From the NCBI GenBank assembly GCA_965219685.1, contig CBDCOH010000002.1, positions 4,000,001 to 4,064,000 on the forward strand: a DNA stretch of 64,000 nt, in the 5' to 3' direction. The notes under the pieces were generated by a model. That model was not told the origin of the DNA, did not search any database, and saw nothing but the letters and a program-made list of their open reading frames with translations. The stretch comes from Candidatus Spongiisociaceae bacterium (GTDB lineage: Bacteria > Actinomycetota > Acidimicrobiia > Spongiisociales > Spongiisociaceae). Both the position numbers and the translations under genes were made by a program. Shown here piece by piece: positions 48,001-58,262 of the stretch; the first letter of the stretch is position 1; every line of letters begins with the position of its first letter.

Positions 48001-48988
48001 TTGCTGATCACTACTTACGGTTCCCTCCCTCGACGCGCTCGTGGAGAGATGTGGAGGCCGTTCTAGGAGGTAGCAGCCTCCATAGGCTCTTTCACAACTG
48101 GTCGTCACACAAGTATACGAAGACCGGACACAACCGGGGACGGATTAGCCTCACGTTTGGTGAATTCGATCCGAATCACCCAGAACGTGACCATTCCCTA
48201 CCGGACGAGTTCTATCAGCGCTTCGAGGGTGCCGTTTGGGAAATCGATATCGAGTTTCTGTCGGAAGACACGATTCGAGTTAACGCGCAATTGTTCATCA
48301 GGGGTTCCGAAACAGGTTTGGGAGTCAGTCGCACAATCAACTACGACGGCGACCGAGTAGGACTCGACGAGTTCCCATTAGAGGTTGTGCCCCCGGAGAA
48401 GCCGCCACAAGAACCAGGTGAGGACATTCCGGGCGTTGACGTGGCACCAGTAGTATCGGTGTCCGGGATAGGTCAGGACGACGTTCAACTGTTCCTTGTA
48501 CGGAACTCTGGTGAAGCGGAAGCCGCGTACAGTCCAGGGGACTGGCTTGAGCCTAAGGATGGCGCAGTACAGAGGATGATGATCGTCGGATCTACACAGG
48601 TCTCCGCCAGCCTTCCTCAGGATGCCACAAGATACGTTCTCGCGTTCTCCCGAGGAACGACTCGTGGCAGGTTAGGCTCGGTGAGCGGACTCGGCCCAGC
48701 AGCAGTCGTTGCTCTCAGACCGAATGCTACAGGCTTGCTCCGAATGCGCACCGCAGAACCGGAGTTCGCCCAAACCTCCAACAGGACAAGTCTGACACTA
48801 CTGCAGGTCGTCTGCATGCAGCAAGAACAGGACATACCGATTAGAGGAGCACGGTACTTTTCGAAGCCGAAGCAGGCTACCAGCACCGTGCAGATGTGCC
48901 AACGCGATTGTGTCTTGAACCGGAACGAACAGATCCAGAGTTGTGTATGGGAGTGCGAAGGCCATCCTTCACGCCCGGCATCATCTGA
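45036..48988 (+). CDS. Large surface protein: SLH domains + FN3 + cadherin-like; extreme C-terminus interrupted by IS1634
   Basis: Signal peptide; FCP..PVTRGQMAAF SLH motifs; YSLEGPDA..DYETKS cadherin-like; GLRNGEAYQVRVR FN3. The native tail resumes at 50943-50999. Confidence 0.82.
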
Positions 48989-50942
48989 CCCGAATTTGGC
49001 GGGTGTTTTGCGTTTTGCCTGGTCAGAGGGGGTTTGGCGGTGGGGTGTTTCCACTACATGGGCGGTGTGGGGGGCCGGTGGTGGGGTTAGGGGGTTAGGT
49101 GATGGTGGGGTTGTCCCAGGTGCGGGTGTCTGCTCCGATGGCGGTGAGGATTCGGGTTTGCAGGGGGCTGCGCCGGCTGGTGACCTGGATTCGGCGGCGG
49201 TTGGCGGTGAGTTGGTGGCGGCGGATTCGGTTGAGGTCGCGCAGGGCTCGGGCGGCGGTGAGGTGCTGGTCGCCGAGGTCGGGATCGCGGATGTCGGCTG
49301 CTGCGAGGGCGTGGTTGATGAGGGTTTCGATTAGGGCGGCGTAGACGCAGACCGCGACGTGGCCGCGGACTCGTTGTTCGGTCCAGTGCCTGACGGGGCG
49401 GAGCCTCAGGAAGTCTTTGAGGACCCTGAAGCGGGTCTCGACTGCTTGCAGTTGGCGGTAGTGGTCCACGACTTGGGCGGTGGGGGCCTGGGCGGGTGTG
49501 AGGCTTGTGGCTAGCACGTAGCGACCGGCGAGGAGTTCTTCGTATGTGTGGGTGTCTTCGTTGTAGTGGTAGAGAAACCGTCCAGCTCCGATCTCGATGT
49601 CGAAGAGCCGTCCGGCGCCGCCGGAGGCGAGGATACGCTGCGCGGCCGCCCCGATTTTGGCGGGGTCCTTCAGCTTGCCGGCGCGGACGCGCAGCTCCAG
49701 CGCCCGCAGTTTTGCCTCCGCCGCGGCGATGATGTGGGCTGTGCGGGCGGCGTCTCGGCGGGCGCGGCCGTCGGACTCGACCACAACCGCCCGGGTGCCG
49801 TCCTCGAGGCTGATATCAGCGGCGCGGCAACGGTACTGGTCTATGTCGACCCAGACGGTGTCGTCGTCGATGGCCGCAAGGGCTTGGTTGCTGATACGGT
49901 CACGACGCAGTTTCGTGGCCAATATGTGGTCGAACCCGGCTTCGGCGACCACTTCGATGTTGGCTGCCGACATCAGGCCCCTGTCAGCGACCACACAGAT
50001 ACGGCCCACCGCGAACCTCTCGGCCAGGTCGCTCAACACTGCCGCCAGGGTGATGACATCGGCGGTGTTGCCCGAGAACACCCGATGAGCGATCGGGATC
50101 CCGTCGGAGGTGCACAGCAGGCCGATCACTATCTGGGGCCGATCAGCACGATGGTCCCGCGAGTAACCGAACGCCCGGGATGGGAAACGCCCAGACGGGC
50201 GGGTCGAACCCTCGAAATATGTGGAAGTGAGGTCGTAGCAAACCAGCCGCAGGTCCAGGTTCGTCAGGTCGCACAACCGCGAATACAGATGTGTCTCCGT
50301 GTCGTCCTTGGAAGCGGCGACCGCGTCCAGGGCCCGGTAGTACTGATCAATCGACGGAGCCGACCAGCCCTCGGGCATGACCACATCCGCCCCGGCCCAC
50401 TCAACCAGTTGCCGCTTCGAGCACGGTGCCACCAACCGGTTGGCCACCATCGCGAATACCGCATGCTCCAAGGCCTTCGCGCCCCGTCTAGCGCCGACCT
50501 GAGCGAACCACTCGTCGAGGCCGAGCCGCTGCCACACCGCCCACACCGCCGCTACCGCCCCCACCCCAGGCGCCCCCTCAGCTTCCAACGCCCCCACATC
50601 GACACGTTCGCGGCGTAGATGACGCTCCAGCGCGGCCACGATCCGTTCCAGCTGGCCGGACTCCCGCAAAGCGGTCACCTCCCCCAGCCGCAAAAGAGTC
50701 CGGTGACCGACCTTCGACCCTTGGCGGAAAGACTCCACCAAAGACAAATACTCGTAAACCTTGTCGCCCCTGCGACGGCGGGTCGTCTTTACGAACATGG
50801 CCAGAACAATACCACTAACAGCCCATCTAATCAACGATATGTCGCCCCTACATTCTCGCACCGGAACGGTGTTCTACACCACAAAACCCCAGGTCAGCGA
50901 ACCAACCACCCCCACAAAGCCCCCCAACCCGCCAAACTCGGG
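48989..50942 (-). mobile_element. IS1634-family insertion sequence
   Basis: Terminal inverted repeats CCCGA(A/G)TTTGGCGGGT; flanking direct repeat TCTGA at 48984-48988 and 50943-50947. Confidence 0.92.
49095..50798 (-). CDS. IS1634-family DDE transposase
   Basis: YEYLSLVES, YDLTSTYFEG, GYSRDHR.DRPQ, VADRG, VETRFR.LK..L.LRPVRH. Confidence 0.93.
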   Translation of the reverse strand: MFVKTTRRRRGDKVYEYLSLVESFRQGSKVGHRTLLRLGEVTALRESGQLERIVAALERHLRRERVDVGALEAEGAPGVGAVAAVWAVWQRLGLDEWFAQVGARRGAKALEHAVFAMVANRLVAPCSKRQLVEWAGADVVMPEGWSAPSIDQYYRALDAVAASKDDTETHLYSRLCDLTNLDLRLVCYDLTSTYFEGSTRPSGRFPSRAFGYSRDHRADRPQIVIGLLCTSDGIPIAHRVFSGNTADVITLAAVLSDLAERFAVGRICVVADRGLMSAANIEVVAEAGFDHILATKLRRDRISNQALAAIDDDTVWVDIDQYRCRAADISLEDGTRAVVVESDGRARRDAARTAHIIAAAEAKLRALELRVRAGKLKDPAKIGAAAQRILASGGAGRLFDIEIGAGRFLYHYNEDTHTYEELLAGRYVLATSLTPAQAPTAQVVDHYRQLQAVETRFRVLKDFLRLRPVRHWTEQRVRGHVAVCVYAALIETLINHALAAADIRDPDLGDQHLTAARALRDLNRIRRHQLTANRRRIQVTSRRSPLQTRILTAIGADTRTWDNPTIT

Positions 50943-51040
50943 TCTGATCAACTACCGGCCAGCCAGACCGAGAGCCGCGGACTGTCAACAAGCCGATAAG
51001 GGGCAACGAGACGAGAAGACGAATACCTCCACGTCTTAGC

Positions 51041-52000
51041 CTAAACGGGGGGAGGGGCGGGCGCGCGCGGGGTGTACTCGGTGGCCAGCAGTGCCTTCCC
51101 GGATGGGCTGAGCACAGCGGCGCCCACGCCTACGAGGGTTATGGCGCCTCCGGCGATGTGAACCGGCGTCACGACTTCTCCGAGGAAGAACCAGGCCATT
51201 GCGGCCGCCAGGAATGGCAACGCCAGGTTCATGAGGGGTGGGACGTTGGCCGGTACCCAGCGGAGGCTCCAGGTGAGCAGGATGGCGCCGATACCGCCCG
51301 GCACGACCACGACACCGAGCACCTGCAGCATGTCCGGGCCGGTCACATCCAGGACGTCCTGGCGGGTGAACAGGCAGAACAACGACACGCACAGCCCGCT
51401 GACCAGCAGCATGCCCATCGTCAGCGGGATGGTGTGCATCGTTCCCCGTGCCAGTTTCATGGTTACGAACTGCACTGACCAAGAGACTACGGACAGGGCG
51501 CCGAGGGCGATACCGAAGGGGTTGCCGTCCGGTCCCGTCGACCCCCCGAGTATCACCACCGCGGATCCGAGGATGGCGACCAGGGTCCACAGGCGGAACC
51601 TCATCCCGGGGCGTTCCCCGAACAGCGGGATCGCCCACAGAGCGATGAACACCGGGTTCAACATGGTCAACAGCGAGATGTCGGCAACCGAGGTGAACTT
51701 CACGGCGATCATGAACATCGTGGTCGAGATGGCGTTGAAGAAACCGGCCCAGGCCGGGACCTTCCACTCGCGGCCACGCGGCAGCGCGAGGTCGAAGCGG
51801 CCGAATAGCGCGATCGCGGAGAACGTTGCCACGATCCCTATCCAGGACCGCCAGAACGCGAACACCGGCCCGGAAGCGGATGATGCCTGGATGAAGACGG
51901 GGGCTGTGCTGAACGCCACGACCGACGTGGCGATCAGAATCAGGGGTCTGCGCGATCCCAGGTCGCGGAGCCCCATGATGGCTGCAGGGGGGTTCAGCAC
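51041..52000 (-). CDS. DMT/EamA family transporter
   Basis: About 10 TM segments; AFWR, NPVF, LFGE and FLGE motifs. Confidence 0.9.
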   Translation of the reverse strand: MLNPPAAIMGLRDLGSRRPLILIATSVVAFSTAPVFIQASSASGPVFAFWRSWIGIVATFSAIALFGRFDLALPRGREWKVPAWAGFFNAISTTMFMIAVKFTSVADISLLTMLNPVFIALWAIPLFGERPGMRFRLWTLVAILGSAVVILGGSTGPDGNPFGIALGALSVVSWSVQFVTMKLARGTMHTIPLTMGMLLVSGLCVSLFCLFTRQDVLDVTGPDMLQVLGVVVVPGGIGAILLTWSLRWVPANVPPLMNLALPFLAAAMAWFFLGEVVTPVHIAGGAITLVGVGAAVLSPSGKALLATEYTPRAPAPPPV

Positions 52001-52044
52001 CGTTCAGAGAGAACGAAGCATGGGACGCCGACCTCGTTGATCGA

Positions 52045-53001
52045 TCAAAGGGGTTGCCGGATCTCGAAGCGCTCCTCGTTGGGACCGGCCAGGATCGCGA
52101 TCCGGTATCGATCGGATCCCACCGCTACCTCTGCGGGACCTGCCAGGAGCTCGTCGGGGCCGGCGCGGCTGACTACCGCGTCCACGTCGCTCACGTCGTG
52201 CGTATAGAGGGAGATACCGAGGTTGCGGGGATGCATCCGGCCGACCAGGCGGCGCCCGGTGCCTTCGTAGAAGTGAACCAGCAGGTACTTGCCGCTCGGG
52301 TCGGGAGGGACGTTGAGGACCAGGAAGTGCATGGGTGTACCGGGTGGAGCCCCGACCAGTTCGTTGGCGACGTCGAGCAGATCATCCGACACGTCGGCGG
52401 CGCTCCGCACGTTCATGCCCAGTACCTCCCCGTAGAACCTCCTGCTGTCCTCGGGGTCGTCGCAAATGACCGACACGGTCGCGATCTCGCTGTAGCGGGC
52501 ACCGGGCGGTTGCACCCGGTGGGAGGTTGCGGGGTGGTTCACGGCCACCATGAGCAGGAACGGGACCCCGTCGGGGCCGGTGAACAGGAGCTCCTCGGTC
52601 TCCGTGGGGCCGATCACGTAGTGGATGGGGCGGGAGCGGGGCGGGAACCCCGCTTCGGTGATCTCGGAGATGGCCTCGTCGAGGTCGTGGTTCACGTAGA
52701 AGTCGATCGCCTTGGGGCCGACATCGACCGCCGAGTCAGGGCCGTCTAGGTCGTCACGGACTCGCTGCGTGGCCGGCGGATGGTGCTCCACCAGCCTGAG
52801 TTGACCGCTGGGATAGCTCTCGTAGGACAGGTGGGTTATGCGCGCCGATACTTCCGCGTCCAGCCCCCAGAGATCCGCAAGGTCACGGCTCGCCTCCCAC
52901 TCGGCTTCGATGCGGAGTCCCACCACATCGCGGAACAGGCCCAAGGCTTCCTCGGTGTCGGTCACACCGATCGTCACTATTCGCAGCGGCCCGACGGACA
53001 T
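52045..53001 (-). CDS. VOC family protein
   Basis: VTIGVTD, GPDGV, SRRFYGEVLG, PRNLG, GPNEERFE. Confidence 0.82.
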   Translation of the reverse strand: MSVGPLRIVTIGVTDTEEALGLFRDVVGLRIEAEWEASRDLADLWGLDAEVSARITHLSYESYPSGQLRLVEHHPPATQRVRDDLDGPDSAVDVGPKAIDFYVNHDLDEAISEITEAGFPPRSRPIHYVIGPTETEELLFTGPDGVPFLLMVAVNHPATSHRVQPPGARYSEIATVSVICDDPEDSRRFYGEVLGMNVRSAADVSDDLLDVANELVGAPPGTPMHFLVLNVPPDPSGKYLLVHFYEGTGRRLVGRMHPRNLGISLYTHDVSDVDAVVSRAGPDELLAGPAEVAVGSDRYRIAILAGPNEERFEIRQPL

Positions 53002-53032
53002 GTCAACCCTCTCGGAAGAAACGAGGCCCATC

Positions 53033-54052
53033 TTATTGGCAGGGTTCGCCGAGGATCGCGTCGCGGAGTTCGGATCGGGCGGTGCGGGCATCTCCGACGG
53101 TGAGGCCGAAGACCTCCGGCATGTGCGAGTAGAAGTTCCCGCAGTTCACCGGAACCACCTCCTCGACCTCGTCGACCGCTGCGAGATCCTCCCCGACCCG
53201 GTCGGGCGTGCTCACCAGCACGAAGTCGCGGACAAGGTCGTCGGGCAACAGGCGGGCAGCCTCGGTCCACAGTTCTCGCTCCACGAGGGCCGCGAATTCG
53301 TCCCTCAACTCGTCGCCGGCTGCATCGGCCAGGCGGCCCATGTACCACGGCCGCGACATGGCGACCGTCACGTCGGCGCGGGCCCGGCGCAGAGACTCCT
53401 CCTCGTCAGGATGGACAGAAACCACCATCCCGGTGCTGAGGTAGAACGGAGCGGCCGGATCCCGAGCCTCCTTCACGATGGCGACCCGATTGCGCATGAC
53501 GCGCCTTGCGGTCATGAGGTGCATCACCAACCCGTCGGTGGCCTGCGCCGCCCATCGCACCGTAAGGGGTCCCTGCGCCCCGATCACCACCGGTGTGTGG
53601 TCGCGGTCGAGGCCGAACCCGGGATGGGCGGCCCGGTAGTGCTTCGTGGCCACCTCGACCGGTGCGCCGACGGGGCCCCGCAACACTCCGAGGATGCACT
53701 CGGTGAAGTCGCGCAGGCGTCCGAGCGACGGCCGGTACCCGACTCCGTGTGCATCCTCGTTGGTTGTGGGGGTGCCGATCCCCAGCCCGAGTGCGAACGC
53801 GCGGTCGAACGAGGCGATGCTCGCCGCGGCCAGGGCGGTCTGCAGCGGTGAGCGGGTAGGCAGGGCTACCCCGATGCCGAGCGGCACGCGGTCGGTGGCC
53901 GCCACCGCCAGCGCAGCGTCCACGAATCCGTCCCGGCCGGGGATATCGGCTGACAGAACACTGCTGACCCCGGCTCGCTCGGCGCGCACGCAGTCCCCGT
54001 ACCAGTCGCGGGATGAATCCGACAAGGCTCTCGAATAGCCGACCGATGCCAT
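53033..54052 (-). CDS. LLM-class flavin-dependent oxidoreductase
   Basis: AERAG, TRSPLQTA, FALGLGIG, IGAQGP, DGLVMH. Confidence 0.85.
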   Translation of the reverse strand: MASVGYSRALSDSSRDWYGDCVRAERAGVSSVLSADIPGRDGFVDAALAVAATDRVPLGIGVALPTRSPLQTALAAASIASFDRAFALGLGIGTPTTNEDAHGVGYRPSLGRLRDFTECILGVLRGPVGAPVEVATKHYRAAHPGFGLDRDHTPVVIGAQGPLTVRWAAQATDGLVMHLMTARRVMRNRVAIVKEARDPAAPFYLSTGMVVSVHPDEEESLRRARADVTVAMSRPWYMGRLADAAGDELRDEFAALVERELWTEAARLLPDDLVRDFVLVSTPDRVGEDLAAVDEVEEVVPVNCGNFYSHMPEVFGLTVGDARTARSELRDAILGEPCQ

Positions 54053-54188
54053 GTGTGTCCTCGTTATCGTTGGGTCTAGAGTCAGCGCAGAGAGCCTAAC
54101 GGCCTGGTTGCGAGACGGGAGGGGAAGTGACGTCGATGGCAAGCGGGGCACGGCGAGTTTTCTTCCGGCAGACCAAGAGGAGAGGCCG

Positions 54189-55112
54189 ATGATCTCACCA
54201 ATATCGGTAGCGACGGTCGGGGTCACCGACCTCGAGGCTTCTGTCCGCTTCTACCGCTCGCTCCTGCAATGGGAAGTTGTGGCAACCGGAGAGGTTCGCG
54301 GACCGGACCTCGAAGCGCTCTGGCGGATGCCACCAGGTCTCGCCGGGCGGGTGGTGGTACTGGGTGCTCCCGGCCTACGGCTCGGACGGATCCGCCTCGT
54401 CGAGTGGGACGAACCCGGGGAGTTGGTCCGGGATCCTCTCCGCAACCAGGACTTCGGTCACTACGCGCTGAACTTCCGGGTAGCCGACCTCCAAGAGGTC
54501 TGGGAGCGGTTGGAGGCGATCGGAGGTAGTGCGCGCTCGAGGCCCAACACCTGGGTGGTGGCCGAAGGCATCCTCGCTCACGACTCGCTGTGCTACGACC
54601 CGGACAGCATCACCTGCGACGTCTTCGAGCTTCCCGATGAGGGGCCGCTCGGTCCTCTGGGCGACCGTCCGTCCAGCGAGTTGCAGACCATGGCGATCCG
54701 CCCTAGCGACATGGCCGCCACGACGGCGTTCTACACGGGACTCGGCTACGAGGTCTGGTACGACCACAAGACCGACGGCATCGAGGGATTTCTGCACCTT
54801 CCGGAGGGGACCACGCTTCACAACGTCAACCTCCATATGCCCTCGATCTGCCGCAACGCTCGGGTCGAACTGGCGGCCTACCTGGGGTATCCGGGCGTGA
54901 ACGTTGCTGATCGGGCTGTGCCGCCCAACATCGGGGTCATGTCGATCAGCTTCGAGACCGACGACTTCGACCGGGACACGGCGCTGGTCGAGGATCTGGG
55001 GGCAGGATCGGTTGGGCGGTCGGACGGGATCGAGATCGCGCCCTACGGACCCACCCGGATCGCCACCTACCTGGGACCGGACGGCGAGGCCGTCGAATTG
55101 GTGGAGGTCTGA
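54189..55112 (+). CDS. VOC family protein
   Basis: ATVGVTDLEASVRFY, DPDS, AVPPNIG, GPDGEAVEL; paralog of 32045-32986. Confidence 0.85.
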   Translation: MISPISVATVGVTDLEASVRFYRSLLQWEVVATGEVRGPDLEALWRMPPGLAGRVVVLGAPGLRLGRIRLVEWDEPGELVRDPLRNQDFGHYALNFRVADLQEVWERLEAIGGSARSRPNTWVVAEGILAHDSLCYDPDSITCDVFELPDEGPLGPLGDRPSSELQTMAIRPSDMAATTAFYTGLGYEVWYDHKTDGIEGFLHLPEGTTLHNVNLHMPSICRNARVELAAYLGYPGVNVADRAVPPNIGVMSISFETDDFDRDTALVEDLGAGSVGRSDGIEIAPYGPTRIATYLGPDGEAVELVEV

Positions 55113-55732
55113 TGCACATCCCTGGCGTACCGTTCGAGGAGATGACCACGGAGATGCGCCGGCGGGCAGCGGCGGGCGCCGAGGTGGCCGGGGACATGCG
55201 CTTCATGCAGGCCATCGCGGCCGCCCCCCACATGGCGGAGTTCTACTTCGACGGTTTCTACGAGCAGGTGTTCTTCGGCGGCGAGGTGCCGATAGTGACC
55301 AAGGAATTGGTCCGGCTCCGCCTCTCCAACCTGCACGGGTGCGCCTTCTGAAACCGCACCAACCCCGTCTCGGCGAGACGGCACGGAGTAACCGAGGAGC
55401 AGATCGAGGCGGTGGCCGGGGACATCGACACCGGTCCGTTCACCGAAGCTGAGAAGGCGGCGCTGGCGCTGGCCACGGTCCTGTCCAACGCGGTGCAGGA
55501 CGGCGTGGTCGACGAGCACCTGGCGGCCGAGCTGCGCCGCCATTACACCGATGGCCAGATCATGGAACTGGCGATGGTGATCGCCATCCTCGTGGGAATG
55601 GCCCGCCTGCTGTTCGCGCTCGATCTGGCCGACCGCGAGGACGCCTGTCCGGTTGCTTACTCTCGGATCACCGAAACTAAGTCAGGTTTGGCTCGTGGAG
55701 ATCAGGTCCTTAGCCGTCCTTTCAATAGCTGA
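55112..55732 (+). CDS. AhpD/carboxymuconolactone decarboxylase-family protein, probable selenoprotein (CxxU)
   Basis: ORFs 55112-55351 and 55412-55732 are in one frame, joined across TGA 55349-55351: KELVRLRLSNLHGCAF-U-NRTN...FTEAEKAAL...HYTDGQIMEL. Confidence 0.8.
55365..55381 (+). promoter_or_regulatory. SECIS-like hairpin downstream of in-frame UGA
   Basis: CCGTCTC-ggc-GAGACGG; G-containing loop about 21 nt after the UGA. Confidence 0.6.
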
Positions 55733-55931
55733 GCATGGTGGTGATGGCAGGTCACGGCTCGTCTCAAGTAACTGGCGGAGCGCGCGGCAACATGGTTGAG
55801 TCAGTAGTTGGTGCCCCCATCGTAGCTCAGTCTAGAGTCGGGTTACCAAGCACCGGGCCTGGAAGCGCGGACCCGGTTGATGTGGACCTTGCAGTAGGAT
55901 AAACACTGAGGGTAGAAGAGGACAAGTAGAG

Positions 55932-57053
55932 ATGGCCAACGCCAAAACACGTGATGCACGAGCGGGTTTCGAGATATACGTCGAGACAGGCGGGAGTCTT
56001 ACACTAGATGAACTCAACGATCGCCTAGGCGGTGCAGGATATGGGAAGATTGCAGAACGTACACTTAACCACTATCGGAATCTACTCAGAGTAGGTTCTA
56101 ATCGCTACATACCTATCAACCGCTTTGATGTTGCCCGTGCTTCTCGAGCTTACGAGAACCTGTCGTCGCTAGTTCGCTACAGGTATCGGAGTACTGAGAT
56201 ACCCGTTAGAACCCGCTTCATTAAGGCTCAGAGCCTGTTGGACGTCAGTGGACTTGCCGTAGCATCAGGTGATGTTGGGGTATTAATTCACTTTGATGAT
56301 GACTCGATCAAAGAAGTCACCAACTTCAAACCCAACACTGGGAATATCGTAGTCTTGGAGTTTGGCAGCTCCAGTAAACCGATTCTGGGAATAGTAGTAT
56401 ACTGTGACTTATCGTCCACACCTCCTCTTGTTGAAGTGGAGTATACAGGACTCACTTCGCCACCCGACTTCGGGACTAATAGTGTGATTTCGGCCGAGCC
56501 TGTTCGGTTCATAGTCACGAGCGATACGCACGACAATAACGCCATCGATATAGTCGGACGACGCATCTACTACTTCTTTGAGCTAATTGAGGGGGTTCGG
56601 ACGCTCTTGAACAAAGCCGGCCAAGATTCCGATGATGTCTACTATATACCACCACCGATAGTTAAGGAATTGAGTTTCGCCTCTCCGATACAGATCGTAC
56701 TAGAGATACCGCCGATTCTGCTGCCTATTATACCCTGTCTAATTGTTGGGAAGCTAGCTCGACAATTCATAGAGATACGTCGGGTGTGGTACCAGGGATC
56801 TGTAGATAAGGCTCAGGGACTTCTTCTCTCACAGGCGCTAGAGAAAGAAAAGCAGGAGAAGGAAATTGTCGTCGAAACCAGGGAAGTTATCCGCCAGATA
56901 CTGCCTAAGTCTCAGCTCTCAGATGACGAGATCGATAGGGCAGTGAAGGAGCAGATACTAGTAGCTCTTCGAGGACTAGTGGAAAACGGGATTACTAACA
57001 TAGAGGCTCAAACACACCGTCAAGTAGTTGGTAGTGATAACGATGTCAAGTAG
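55932..57053 (+). CDS. Hypothetical protein in low-GC islet
   Basis: 373-aa ORF with AT-richer codon usage than its neighbours; GAGG-like RBS. Confidence 0.75.
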   Translation: MANAKTRDARAGFEIYVETGGSLTLDELNDRLGGAGYGKIAERTLNHYRNLLRVGSNRYIPINRFDVARASRAYENLSSLVRYRYRSTEIPVRTRFIKAQSLLDVSGLAVASGDVGVLIHFDDDSIKEVTNFKPNTGNIVVLEFGSSSKPILGIVVYCDLSSTPPLVEVEYTGLTSPPDFGTNSVISAEPVRFIVTSDTHDNNAIDIVGRRIYYFFELIEGVRTLLNKAGQDSDDVYYIPPPIVKELSFASPIQIVLEIPPILLPIIPCLIVGKLARQFIEIRRVWYQGSVDKAQGLLLSQALEKEKQEKEIVVETREVIRQILPKSQLSDDEIDRAVKEQILVALRGLVENGITNIEAQTHRQVVGSDNDVK

Positions 57054-57137
57054 ACATGTCGCCAAGCTACTGGATAGTAGAGGTACACCTTAACGTCTCC
57101 TATCTAGCAGATCGACAGTCAACGGTGATCCGGATGA

Positions 57138-58121
57138 CTAACCGACTGAGGAATCGCGGATATCGAGCTGTCTGATGCGGGCGTCTGCCAGTTCTACATA
57201 AGTTGAGTCTGTATCGTACCCAACACCACGGCGCTTAGCAGCTTTAGCTGCTACTAAAGTTGTCCCTGATCCCATGAACGGATCTAGTACAAGATCTCTC
57301 TCGTAGGTGTACAACTGTATTAGGCGGGCTGGAAGCTCCAGTGGGAAAGGAGCCGGATGTCCTATCCGGCTGGCGTGGGCAGGAGGTATATCCCAAACAT
57401 CAAGCGTTGCTTTCATGAATTCGGCCCGGTCGATAGTAGCCTTGTAAGGCAGTTTGTGTCTTCGTCTATGGGCAGGCGTAAGGGCTCGATCAAAGCGCCC
57501 TTTGCTGGCAATCACCACTCGCTCAGTCACATCCCGAAGCACAGGGTTGGTCGGACTCAACCATGATCCCCATGCACAGGAGCCATTAGCGGCCTTAGCT
57601 TTGCGCCATATGATCTCCCCCCGCAAGAGTAGACCGAGGTCATCTTGGAGTATACGGATCACATCGCTGCTAAGGCTGCGGTAGGGTTTGCGCCCAAGGT
57701 TGGCTACGTTGATAGCCATCCGTCCACCAGACTCCAACACTCGCGCACATTCAGTGAATACGTTGCGCAACAAGGTTAAGTACTCTGCGTATGACCTAGG
57801 TACTTGGCGGCCCGTCACTGCCTGCTCGTAATCTTTGCCGACGAAGTAGGGAGGTGAGGTGACCATGAGGGCCACGCTACTGTCTGGAAGTTCGGACATC
57901 TGCTGGCTATCGCCGTGAATCGCTCTTGGCTCTTCGAAGCCCTTCGCATACTCGACCGCGTCGTCGTCTGACAACTTGGGAGATGGGAATCGGGCGTAGA
58001 ATGCAGAAGCATCGTGGCCCTCGCGCCGGGCAGTTCCGAAGCTGGTCGTCGCCGTTCGCTGGCGTGGTTGCCGTTTGCCGTCCACGACGTCCTCCTCCCG
58101 CTCGGCTGAGTCTACAGCCAT
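57138..58121 (-). CDS. Site-specific DNA methyltransferase (N4-C/N6-A, beta class)
   Basis: VTSPPY (motif IV) precedes HPAPFP and LDPFMGSGTT (motif I); the start may be GTG 58085. Confidence 0.92.
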   Translation of the reverse strand: MAVDSAEREEDVVDGKRQPRQRTATTSFGTARREGHDASAFYARFPSPKLSDDDAVEYAKGFEEPRAIHGDSQQMSELPDSSVALMVTSPPYFVGKDYEQAVTGRQVPRSYAEYLTLLRNVFTECARVLESGGRMAINVANLGRKPYRSLSSDVIRILQDDLGLLLRGEIIWRKAKAANGSCAWGSWLSPTNPVLRDVTERVVIASKGRFDRALTPAHRRRHKLPYKATIDRAEFMKATLDVWDIPPAHASRIGHPAPFPLELPARLIQLYTYERDLVLDPFMGSGTTLVAAKAAKRRGVGYDTDSTYVELADARIRQLDIRDSSVG

Positions 58122-58262
58122 CTGTACCTGCATATGTGTAATTACAAAGGTAGGAGCCGTGTGTGACAACCCGCCTTGCCGGCGAAGTCCCTTGCAGCCC
58201 GATCTGAGGTATGCAAGCAGAGATGTGCGCTTTGCGCACACCGCTTTGACTGTCGGTATGCT

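Noticed and set aside
48989-49334. C-terminal 115 aa of the 1453-aa ORF as a native domain
   Set aside because: It is read-through into the IS1634 end.
55112-55351. Two separate small genes or a nonsense pseudogene
   Set aside because: Same frame, stop exactly at the redox Cys position and a SECIS-like hairpin favour Sec recoding, though a pseudogene cannot be fully excluded.
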